DNA from: Chlorokybus atmophyticus
Taxonomy: Eukaryota > Plantae > Mesostigma and Chlorokybus algae
Direction: 5' to 3'
DNA length: 64,000 bases
Assembly (NCBI GenBank): GCA_009103225.1
Contig: RHPI01002910.1
Coordinates: forward strand, 480,103 to 544,102
The notes beneath the pieces were generated by a model. It saw only the letters and a list, made by a program, of their open reading frames with translations, made no database searches and was not told the origin of the DNA. The position numbers were made by a program, and so were the translations under genes. This document shows positions 25,342 to 36,773 of this stretch, in pieces. The stretch's first letter is position 1, and every line of letters begins with the position of its first letter.

Positions 25342-27962
25342 TCAAGAAGAAAAGCGGCTTGCGAGCTGCCCGGTCAAAGCCTTCACTTGCTTAAGCTGCT
25401 GCGAGGTGACCTCAAAGTCCTTCACCAGGAAGTAGTCTGGCATGCCTGCATTGTCAGAACAGAGTCACAAGCATACATGGACACAGGCATATACACACAA
25501 CGACAATCTGATGCAATTGCATGCGTGTCCACAGCGATAGCGTGTACACTACCTTCCGACGTGTTTATCTGGATGCCACCGAGTAACGCAATGGGACCAC
25601 TGAAATCCGAAGCACGGATTATGTCCAGCAGTTCCTACAACACCACATGAGAGGCTTGTCAACATTACCAACGAGTGCGAGTATACACCAATATGTGAAG
25701 TGTACAACATATGTGTCAATGATCATGCTACTTCCCACCCCTGACCTGTCGTATCTTCTCGTACACCACGTACGGCAGCTCCGCCATCGGGCTGTCCACC
25801 TCCTTCAGCCTTGGCAGGCTGCTCTTGACGGTCTCATACACCACTCTGACAAAACATTAACAAACCCACGAGTTGAACGCCCATCACACCTCGAGTACAC
25901 GCTACCTTCACATCACACACTGTGAACACAATGGACGCAAACTGTCTGGCAAAATAGTGGCCCCAATAATGTTGTGAGCAGACTCATCACACACGCATAA
26001 CATCTCCTCTCCTCGCTCTCCTCACTCCACCCCTTTTCTCACACCCTCCTAGGTACCCTCTATTCACGTTTTTGGATGAAGCGCATGTGCGCGCATGCAG
26101 GCACTTGAACATGGAGAAACAGCGCAAGCACGCGCGCGTATGTGGTGTGTGTGTGTGGAGCCTGCACATGCGCGCGCGTGCGCGCGTGCGCGTAAGCGCA
26201 CATGCGCGTGTGTGGTGAAGTGTGTGCACCGCGCACTCGTGCTCTCACATGCACACTCGTGCCCGTACACACGCGTGCGCGCGCATGTGTCTACGTACAC
26301 AACAACAAGCACACAACACCAACAACAGAACGCCCAAAGCCACTCACTTCTGTTGGTAGTCCCCCTCGCCCTCAAACCCCTTCCCCGCAACGCAGCTCCC
26401 GTACGCCGCGATGGCCGACCCGCACGCCGCACTCACTCCACTCTGCCCGTGCCTTAGCAACTTCCCGACACGGCCATCTCTATCAATCCCGACGTGCGGC
26501 GAGTACAACACAAGCAATCTCCCGTCGTCGCAGGCGTGGTGAGAGAACGCGCCGAAACCGGTGCGGCCGACGAAGGGGAGGCCGGTCAAACCGCCGAGAG
26601 AGAAGTTCTCGTGCAACCTGAGGGTGATTTTGGGTAGGTGTTGGGGTGTTAAGTTGCAAGGGTTGAGAGGGTGGGTGACCAACCCCCCCCCCCCCCCNNN
26701 NNNNNNNNNNNNNNNNNNNNNNNNNNNNNNNNNNNNNNNNNNNNNNNNNNNNNNNNNNNNNNNNNNNNNNNNNNNNNNNNNNNNNNNNNNNNNNNNNNNN
26801 CCCCCCCACCCCACCCCCCCTCTCCTCAATAGCAACCCGATAGCAACCCAACAACAGGGTTGATGTTGGTCACTCACAAAACCCACCCCAACATGGGTGG
26901 GTTTGTGACCAACATCAACCTTGTTACTGGGTTGTTGTTGGGCTGATGCTGGGTTGCTATTGGGTTGTTGTGTCAAAAGTGCGTGCGTGCGTGCGTGCGA
27001 GAGAATGAAATGGAGGGCTTACATGAGATGGTTCCATTGGTTGATGCTGTTGATCTCGTCGGGGCACGTGCTGTTTCCCAAGAGGGTGTTTTCTGGGGTG
27101 AAGCCCTCCTTTGCAAGGATGTCGTACGCTATGTCCCTCACCTGTGCATGCGCAAGGGCTAGAGAAGTTACTCCCTCACGTCGGTGATGCATTGGGTGTC
27201 AGGCATGCAGCGTGTGTTTGTCGCGCGGATACACACACATCCACACTAACCACCTGTGTGCAAATGCTTGTGTGTGCGTGCGCGTGCGCGTGTGTTTGTC
27301 TCTGTGTGTCGGGTGCGCGTGCGTGTGCATGCGTCAATGACTACCGATACATTTCAGAGACCAACAGCTACATATTGTGTGAGCCACTCCAGCTAAAACA
27401 GCCAACCTGGTGCAGCTCTCTGGCGCCAGCGAAGTACGTGGCAATCGACAGCAGGGTGGCTGACGGCAACGAGGCGAGGGGTTGTTGTTTCTTGTTGTTT
27501 GGGTGTTGTTCGATAGCACCAGAGCGCGATAAACCCTCTGCACTGACCTGAATCAAACAAGAGAGAGAACAAACACAGTCAAGCAGCTTGCGTTGCCATT
27601 GCCATTGCGTGCCGGATGGGTTCAGACACAGCAAGCGTGTCATGTTGCCATACCCCGTTCTGAACAATTTGTTCAACCGCAAGCTGCTGCATTTTGCTTG
27701 TTACGTCAGCTGATGGCAAGGTTGCCTCCATGTTGCCTGCACCCAGACAATAAACAGTCTATACGTGTGCATGCGCGTGACAAGTAAGTACGTGTGCATG
27801 TGTGCACGTGTAGAGAAGTACGCAGCAGCAGAGTAACGATGCCACAAACACAAGTCGTCTGGCTCCAACACCATACGCAAGTGCAGACCAAGCCAGCACA
27901 CGCTCTCTCCGTATGCCAAACATGCATGCCCTGTATGTACTTACAATATACTGATTCGACAT
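25342..27962 (-). CDS. LCIB: LCIB/LCIC-family (beta-carbonic-anhydrase-like) protein; multi-exon, 5' end uncertain
   Basis: Exons give FTPENTLLGNSTCPDEIN, FSLGGLTGLPFVGRTGFGAFSHH, LYSPHVGID..G.VG...RHGQSGVSAACGSAIAAY, SPMAELPYVVYE, IALLGGIQINT and DYFLVKDFEV...SRFSS*. Zn ligands Cys, His and Cys are retained. Confidence 0.9.
26698..26800. other. Assembly gap (103 N) flanked by poly-C, inside an LCIB intron
   Basis: Run of n; homopolymer C on both sides. Confidence 0.99.
26827..26962. repeat. Imperfect palindrome of about 135 bp (MITE-like fold-back) in an LCIB intron
   Basis: CAATAGCAACCC (26827) pairs with GGGTTGCTATTG (ends 26962); GGTTGATGTTGGTCAC pairs with GTGACCAACATCAACC; CACAAAACCCACC pairs with GGTGGGTTTGTG. 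Confidence 0.7.
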
Positions 27963-28744
27963 CAAGGCACGGCGATGACCACTCTCAAAGCAACATGCAT
28001 GCAAAGCAATCACCCTTCTTGCCTGCGCTCTTATCACCTGACTGACGAGAACAACACAAGGGTGCCCCCTCAACTGCAATGCAAGAGAGCCCCTCCTTCT
28101 CCCCTTACCTCTGTGTATCTCTTCGCTTCCTCCTCCCCCCAATTGCCTCACTTCACCTCCTTGTACCTGTATTCCTAGTGCTCCTTCACCTCCTTCTTCT
28201 CTTCCTCCTCATGCAAAGATGCCTATCCTCCTTGGCTTTGAATAGCCAAGCTTGGCAGGGACGGAAGTTGTTTGCGCGCCGCGACGGAAGCCTGCCCCAA
28301 TTAAGGGCGATGATGCGAACTTCCGACGTAAACTAGTGGTGTGGCAAGGATATTTCTGTTACGTCGTAATTGTACGGTTTAGGTACAGTTATTGTACGTA
28401 AAGAATTTCTGTACGTACAGTTAAATAAAGGCGAAGAAGAACAACGTAATGACAAACACACCTATACAAACTGGATGTCGGCCAGCAATTGAAGCTCTGC
28501 ATGAGACGTCTCATGTTGCAATAGCTGCTTACCGGGCGATGCAACAACAACAATGAACATGGTTTTAATGTTTCCATACCAGCAATTCTTACTGCGCAAG
28601 CAAGACTATGATACACATAATGCGCTCAACTAATACTTGCAATCTACTTACCTTTAACACGTGGAATCAGATCTCCCACCCTACCCCTACTCCCTTGCTC
28701 GCTCTGTGATCTAGGCTGGTGCAATGAGCCTAGTGTAGTCCCCC

Positions 28745-29048
28745 NNNNNNNNNNNNNNNNNNNNNNNNNNNNNNNNNNNNNNNNNNNNNNNNNNNNNNNN
28801 NNNNNNNNNNNNNNNNNNNNNNNNNNNNNNNNNNNNNNNNNNNNNNNNNNNNNNNNNNNNNNNNNNNNNNNNNNNNNNNNNNNNNNNNNNNNNNNNNNNN
28901 NNNNNNNNNNNNNNNNNNNNNNNNNNNNNNNNNNNNNNNNNNNNNNNNNNNNNNNNNNNNNNNNNNNNNNNNNNNNNNNNNNNNNNNNNNNNNNNNNNNN
29001 NNNNNNNNNNNNNNNNNNNNNNNNNNNNNNNNNNNNNNNNNNNNNNNN
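28745..29048. other. Assembly gap (304 N)
   Basis: Run of n. Confidence 0.99.
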
Positions 29049-30468
29049 CCCGCCGCGCCTCAGCTTGGAAGCTTGCATGTGTGTTTCATGCTTGTTGATT
29101 GCTGGCCGTGTCATAATACTTACATATGTGTACATGACATATGACGTGATGTTGCACACGCAACAGCATGCCGCATGCACACCATTCAAGCATCGCATGC
29201 ACATTAATATACATCAGACCAAGTGATTACCATCGGGCAAACATCTACTGCGCTACCCTGCGACTACTAGCCCTTCCCGTTTGACATATATGCACCCCCC
29301 CCTTTTGTGCACACTTACATGTGGCAATTACTTACACTACAGCCATTGGTTACGGTTCAATCCCAATGTGTGCATAGTGTGAGCCATTGGTAGACGGCTT
29401 GGTCACTGCGGTAGAGAGAGAGTGGCCTGCCCGCTATTGTTGACTATAGCAACAGACGACGGGGCTATTGCATATACATACAATGTGGTGTATTAAGGCG
29501 CCTGCGACAAATATGCAAGAAGTGTGAGTGTAGCACAAAGCATGTGTACAGAGCGACGAGGGAATTCCATGCGTGCAACGCACGCCACACAATGTACACA
29601 ACACAGTGTGCATGGTGTGAGCCACTGGTGTGCAACTTCTACACCCTGTGCCATTGTACTGCTACTTGTGTACAGGAAATTGTAGGGGGCTATTGCGGTT
29701 TTGTATCTCTGAGCGGCCCCTACTGCCATGCTACAGCCATCCATTGTACCGCTACACAAGTTGCACAGAGTTGAGTTGATAGTGACTATAGCAAACAGCG
29801 CAACATGCACATTCATGTAGTAGGGACAATAATCTTGTAGTAGGGACGATTATCATACGGAAGATGCACCAAAATCAGTAGTCATGTAATTGCTTCTGTC
29901 CCTACTTGCCATAAGCTACGGGCTTCGGATGTTGCGAGCTCACTATTGTGTGCGACGCGAAACTTGAATGAAAGCACACACCTCATAATACACTGAGTGT
30001 AGAGATGGCCCGCTATTGTGTAGTGACAGTCGACCATCTTTGCAGTGGTCTGCTGGTCTACTCGCATGCCGATGCATGGCTGAAAGAGGGGCGTCAACCT
30101 GCACAGAAGCAGTGAGCACCACACACATAGCTTGAATGCAATAAATACCACAAACAACAGGAGGGACAAGAAAGTACCTGTTGAGAAAGATGCATGGACT
30201 GCAAGGCATAGGCCAGCAGAATCGAGTGCTGAGCAACTTCATATCATTAAGCCTGTAAAATAATGAAACTTGTTGTAAGCCAACAGAACATGCAGTCATC
30301 AATTTTGATGAACGAGCTGCAAGCACACCCAACACACTCTCTACCCGCGAAGGCTAGCACTCACCTGAGCTTGTGTATGCGCATCACATGGTCTCATGGC
30401 GAACACATGTTGCTGACAGAGCGCTTTGCACAACTCGCAAGCCATCCAGTAGGTCATCCAGTCATTAG

Positions 30469-33193
30469 TCATGCATTGGCCAGAAAAGCTTGGGGCATGT
30501 CGCTGAAAGCCGGGTATATGACAGGGGCGTTGCTCTGCAATGCCAACAGCTGCTCTCGGCTGTAACGCAAGCGCTCATCTGCACGTGGAGCGTGGTAGGT
30601 GAGTCAACCCTCACACAGCCCATATGCAAAACTGATCAGAGAGTGATACACATTGTATTACCGAGAGCCGGAGCTGAGTACCGACGTGGAGCAACAGGGC
30701 TTTGCTTTGGTTTTGGAGCAGCAGGCTCTTGCGGGATGTCCGATCGAATCACGCAGTCGGGCAAGTTCGATTTCAGCGCAGCAACCGCGCTCTGGGATAC
30801 GAGCCAACACCCGCGGACGTCAAGCTCAACGAGCCTCGTGGCTTGCGCAAAGTATTGCAAGCCTCTGTCGGTAACCATTGCGCCCTGTGCATGTTGGTGT
30901 GTGAGTACTCACGACAGCACTCATGAACACTGGAATAACTATTTGGGTTATGTCGGTCCTCTTGTTGTATGTATTTGTACCTACTTGGAATTGCAGCGTG
31001 CGTAGATGGGAGATTGCTGCTACAGCTTGTGCACAATCGTCGGTAAGTCCCGCACCTTTCAAGCGTAGCGTTTCCAACGCTGGCAAACTTTGTAATCTCA
31101 GCCAGCCTGACTCTGTGACACAAGCGCCTCGCAAGTCCAATGATGACAGTACTGAAAGGCCACGCAGCTGAGCACCTGTTTACCACATAACCACTTGGAC
31201 ACTTGTAAGGAACTGTATGGAGAGAGCGTACTGTGTGATTGGGGTAATATATTGTACCTGTTACAGATGTACCGGCCAAGTTGAGATGCTTCACATACTC
31301 AAGTGTTGCAAAGACATCGCACGCATGGTCGTCAATAGCCAAGCATCCTTCCAGCGACAGTTGTTTCAGGCTCTGGCAGCCTCGCAGCAACATCACACCA
31401 TCGCTGCCGATCCTTGTGCGGGCAAGGCTCAGGTGCTGCAGCTTAGTGAGGCCAACCAAACCCAACAGGGTGTCATTGCCAACCTTGGTGTCATCAGCAT
31501 GCAACTGCTCCAAATCTAAGAACACTGTGCACGAGTGTGACAACAATCAGGTAATGACAACTTGAGCACACGCACACAAGTTTGGAGAGCATACGTGCAC
31601 GCTTCATGTCTCTTACCCGCAAGGCATCTTGTGTCGTAGAAGTCAGTCTGGTTAACATTCAGGTACACAAGTGGGGCTTGCGCAAGCGACAACTGCTCTA
31701 CGGCCTCAGACACACCGGATGTTGCACCTAGAACACAACATTGTTGACTTGGTACACCAATAGCGATGCTGAAAAGCAACATTCCACATGGCCAACCAAC
31801 ACGTATGTCAGCATACCTGTGAGCGTAAGCGAGCGCAGCTTGATGCATGTGCCAATGGGCAGAGCATAGTCTGCCAGACCACATCTACTCATATGCAGCG
31901 ATGAGAGAGCGGGAAGATGAGGCAGATGCCGCACAGCTGTCCAACTGAGGTCCAGCTCAGTAACACCCAAATCGTCCAGCCGTTGAACGCCAATGTCTGT
32001 CACTGCACTGCCCCAAAGCTGCAAGGATCGCAGCAACCGACATGCCTGCATAACTATATTGTTGTTGCACTCAACAAGTAAGTTTGCCAGTCGTGCCTCC
32101 GTGCATGCACATGTGTGTGTGCGTGAGCATGTGCGTGCATGCAGGCAGGCAGGCAGGCAGGCAGACGTTCATGCACGTGCGGGGCAATTTACAGAAAAAC
32201 AGGCACAGTTTCATATGTGTACCGCAAGTGCTGTGAGTGCAGTATCATCTGTTGGCAAGCCGCTGAGGGCAAGTGAGTTAATGCACAGCAGCGATGCCAG
32301 TTGCCGGACGCCTCTTGCGCTCACGCCAGTCTCCGACAGGTCCAAGCGCTTAAGAGACAGGAGCTGGCACAGGAAAGGCACTGCACTGTCCGTCACCTTG
32401 GAGCAGCGCGCTAAACTTAAGTCCTCAAGAGAGCTCTGCAATCCTGCGTGCAAATGAGCGTGTGACTGCGAGTGCAAGCAGTGGGCAAGTTGGAGTGGCC
32501 ACATACAAGCACACACTCATGCACGCGAGCATATGTGCGTATGCATCCTCATGCATCCGTGCATGCATGCGTGCTTTCCCCAATCAACCAAAACAAAGCA
32601 TGAGTACAGACACAATTATCTACTTGGAGGGCATACCTGCAAGGTGTGCAACGCCTTGCGAAGTGATCTTGCAGCGCGTGATGTGTAGCACTCGAAGATG
32701 GCGAAAGGACGCCAAGTAGACGAGCCACGTGTCGTTCACGCCAGGTTGCGAATCTAAGCGTACTTCAGTCAAGCACGACTCAAACAACCTGCAAACAATT
32801 TCACACTATGGAACACATACAAGCTACATAAGCTACGTAAGGCAGTTGCGTGCGTTGCACAGCAGCCTCAACGCTCAAGCAAAACCCAGACACGAGAGAG
32901 TATATCAGTTGTTTACGACAAAGCAAAACACAGACACGAGAGTTGTCAACAATAGCCCGTATTGCAGGCTACATAACTACAGCGTTCGATAAGCAAAGAC
33001 AGTGTGCATGCGTGTTGATTGCTTACTGCAGTGTTGGGGCTGTGAGCTGTCTGTTCTCAAGCAGATAGGCAAACAGCTTCACGGCCAGGTAGGGGGGCAG
33101 CAGCGCCAGCCGCCGCCTCTGTAGGCGCCACACGTCGCTCTGGGCTGCGGCGGCTACGCACAGCTCCGCCAGCGGAGCCACCGGCGCCACCAT
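30469..33193 (-). CDS. RNI-like leucine-rich repeat protein with a C-terminal YxxxxLL motif; multi-exon
   Basis: N-terminus MVAPVAPLAELCVAAAAQSDVWRLQRRRLALLPPYLAVKLFAYLL; LRRs such as SLEDLSLARCSKVTDSAV, LKRLDLSETGVSARGV and LQHLSLARTRIGSDGV; last exon DERLRYSREQLLALQ...FLANA*. Confidence 0.88.
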
Positions 33194-33284
33194 CCACGCC
33201 GCCCAACTCGACGACAACGACCACAACGACCACGGCGACAAGGACGACAACTACAAGTGTAAGCAGCCCGGCAACAAGCTGACA

Positions 33285-33292
33285 AAACCCTA
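33285..33292 (+). promoter_or_regulatory. Telo-box in the 146-bp LRR/erlin divergent promoter
   Basis: Exact AAACCCTA at 33285-33292, between ATGs at 33193(-) and 33340(+). Confidence 0.55.
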
Positions 33293-33339
33293 GCGCAAGC
33301 ACCTTTGGTTTGCTTCAGTTGTTAGGCTGCTTGTTGGCG

Positions 33340-36018
33340 ATGTCGGCGTCAGGGCCGGCGGCGGCGGTACGCAGGGATCAACCAGTCGACGGCAACATGC
33401 AGCCGGGAAGGCAGCCGCTGCAGCAGCAACACGCGGGCCACGGGCATGTGCTGGACCAGGGGCTGCCCGTTGCCGCCATGCTCGCTGCCCTTCTTGCGGT
33501 GGGGGTTTTGACCTCACACGTGCATGCTTGATCTGCTTGCCTGCCTTGCGTTGAGTCCGTATTTGCGTTCACCACGCACATAAGCTCGTCCACAATCTTG
33601 CCAAGCCTGCTATCTGCAAGCATGCATGCAAGTCAATTAGTATAAGCTTGCGCACAGTTGTGTGTTCAGCTCAAGGTTGTATAGAAAGACTTGCGTACTC
33701 ACAAACACTCTTTCAGCCTGCCTGTCAGCATAGCACTGCCCATGCCTTGTTTTCTTGCGGAAGCTTGTAGTCAGTGCCAGCACAGCAAGCATATTACGCC
33801 TATCAACTAGCAGCTGAGCTGTGTGCATGCATGCATGATTGGACAGCAGGAGCACTGTCATGGTTGTTAACTGCTGCAGTGTTTGACGGCTTCTCTTTGT
33901 CTCTCGGTTAGATTGCCGTCCCTCTGTTCGCCAGCTATGGTCTCCACAAGGTTCCTGAAGGCTACGTCGGTGTGTACTGGCGTGGAGGAGCGCTGATCAA
34001 TACAACCGCAGGCCCAGGTTGGCGCACTGCACTGCACAGTGCTGCTGCTGTTGTTGCTGCTGCTGCTGCCGCCATTGTTGTGGGTATTATCGTTGTCGTG
34101 GATGGTAGTGGTCTTGTCGTTGTTTCACATTGCTGCTGCTGCTGCCGCTGGTGCTGATACGGTCACACACGCTCCTTCATACACACATATGGGTGGTTAT
34201 GCAAGTTGGCAGTATTGCATGCAGCAATCACTCTCAGTTGCATGTTGCTTCCTTTCAGTGTCATGTCGCAGCCATCATGCCCAAAGACTTGGTGTGCAGT
34301 AGTTGTTCTGTGCAGACTTGTGTGTTTGCTGGCTTGTGCTTCATGGCCAGCTAGCCTTGCTGCTTGCGCTCGTTTATTACTATTCTAAGTGTGCCTCTTG
34401 AGCATTGGTACCTCTCCACTAGTATCAATCAAACATTGCTTCACTGCAGGGTTCCATCTGAGGATTCCTTGGCTGACGGTCTTTGAGCCTATGCAAGTCA
34501 CACTGCAAACCGACAAGGTGACCAAGTAGTTGGATTCAGCCACTTTGTGTATGCGTATGGATTGCTCAGCATTAAGGATTGATGCGTCTGCCAAGCCGGT
34601 GTAATCTGATCTGCTGTGGACATGACGTGTGTAATTACTGTGCTCAGGTCACCAACATACCATGTGGTACCAAAGGCGGTGTGATGATCTACTTTGAGAA
34701 GATTGAGGTTTGATTGTGATATCCAAGTCAAGCTTGTGCATGTTGCAATACTTGTTGATACAAAAGTGTCTTGCAGGTTGTTAACCGCTTGAATCGCAAG
34801 CGCGTGTTAGAGACGGTCAGGGAGTACGGCGTTCACTACGACAAGACTTGGATATATGACAAGATTCATCATGAGATCAACCAGTTCTGCTCAAGCCATT
34901 CCCTTCAGGTTTGCGCATTAACGGGTCGGAGGCATCCGCATGTGAGCACGGGTATGCGCGCTGACATGTTGTTTCCCGCAGGACGTGTACATCGACTTAT
35001 TTGATCAAGTTGACGAGCGCATGCGAGAGGCACTGCAGGTACGGATAGTTCTCGTCACCATCACCATCACCATCATCATCATCATCCTACTACCACTTGA
35101 GGAGAGTTGTTGACTGGCTGGTTGGCTGTCTGTCAGCGTGATTGTGACATCTACGCGCCAGGCATTGAGATCATCAGCGTGAGGGTCACGAAGCCGACCA
35201 TCCCTGGACACATCAAAGATAACTATGAGCTCATGGAAAATGAGAGAACAAAGGCATGTTGCACACTACACGTGTGATTATGTTTTCTCTTATTGTAGTG
35301 GCATTGTGCAAATGTTGAAACCCAATCAATTCTCCTTCACTCATTCTTTCAGGTTCTTATTGCAGCTGAGAGACAGCGCAATGTGGAAAAGGAGGCAGAA
35401 ACTGCCCGCAAGAAGGCGGTAAGTACATTCAGTGACATGTTGCTTGAGACTGTGTATGCAAAAAGCTAACTGCCTGCGTTTGGGATGAAGGTTATGGAGG
35501 CTGAGAAAGAGGCAGAGACCAGCTCCATCCGCATGCGACAGCAGATAATGGAGAAGGAGTCCGCCAAGCAGATGGCAGAGATCGAGGACACAATGTATCT
35601 GGCGAGGCAGAAGTCTCTCGCCGACGCCCAACATTACCAGTAAGCGACCAGCTGCTGTCATATTGCATCGATTTTGTCAATCGAACCAGTGTTCTGAGTG
35701 AGAAGCATGAGACCTACCCTGCCTTGTCACAGAGTGCTTCAAGAAACAGAAGCCAACCGTATGAAGCTGACTCCAGAGTACCTGGAGCTTGCATTCATCC
35801 AGGCCATCGCCAACAACACGAAGATGTTCTTTGGTGAAAAGGTGGGTCTGCTTCTGCAGGCACTGCACTTGTTTTCAAACAAATATGTTGTTGACATGCT
35901 CTCTTGCAAGTGGTGGCTACCCATCTTGAAAACATGTTTGAAAGTCCTTTGCTTTGGACAGGTACCGGGGATGTTGTTTGATCAGCGTCTACTCGGCAAC
36001 GTCCTACATCAGAACTGA
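33340..36018 (+). CDS. ERLIN: Erlin (SPFH/band-7 ER lipid-raft protein); multi-exon
   Basis: [64 protein letters not shown]...[56 protein letters not shown]. Confidence 0.96.
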
Positions 36019-36773
36019 GCGCGGAAAAGCCCGCAAGTCATGTGGTCATTGTATAGTGCTGTGCTTGTGAGTGATGCTACGTGCATCACTTTCAACTGCT
36101 TGCCCTGTAATGTGGACCCGTGACGAGGTCAGATATAAGACAAACAGAAGCAGTGCAGCTGCGGAAGATGCGACAAGGATGAGAGTGGTATGTGGTTTTG
36201 CATTTGATGTAGCGCGACGCTCTGGTTTAGTACGGCTTTGCAGGGGTTTTCCAGAGGACATACATGCAAATCTGCTAGCAGTCAGTCCAGATACCGAGTC
36301 AATCAGGCACGCACGTACGCATGCACGCTAGCTCCCTCATATAAGGTGTTGTGGCAGTCTCAAAGGTCATGCTCCAGCGGCTACGCGTGCCTGTGCGTGC
36401 ATGCCGGTGTACTCATACATGTGCAATTGCTTATGGTGCACGTATGTCAACATACAACAAAGGTTTAACCAACACAAAGGCACAGTCACTCGATGTATAT
36501 TATCAACATGACATGGCAGGTCACCTGACACAGAAAGAAACTTCATTACGACGGCCAGTGTTTCTGTTATATTCACACTGGGGGTCATGAATCATCCCCA
36601 CTACATGTATGACTAACGCAAATGTCTATTCAGTTCAAAATGTGGCTAAACTAAACAAACATAAGAATGGAGAGTTTGCCACAGCAACGCCATGGAAGAA
36701 TGAGTGTGCGTCTGCGGCTTGGTAAGGCTCGCTCGGCAGCGCTAAATTTACAGCTGGCTGGCTGAACTTCCAG

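Noticed and set aside
29434-29880. Short ORFs after the second gap
   Set aside because: No recognisable motif or splice structure.
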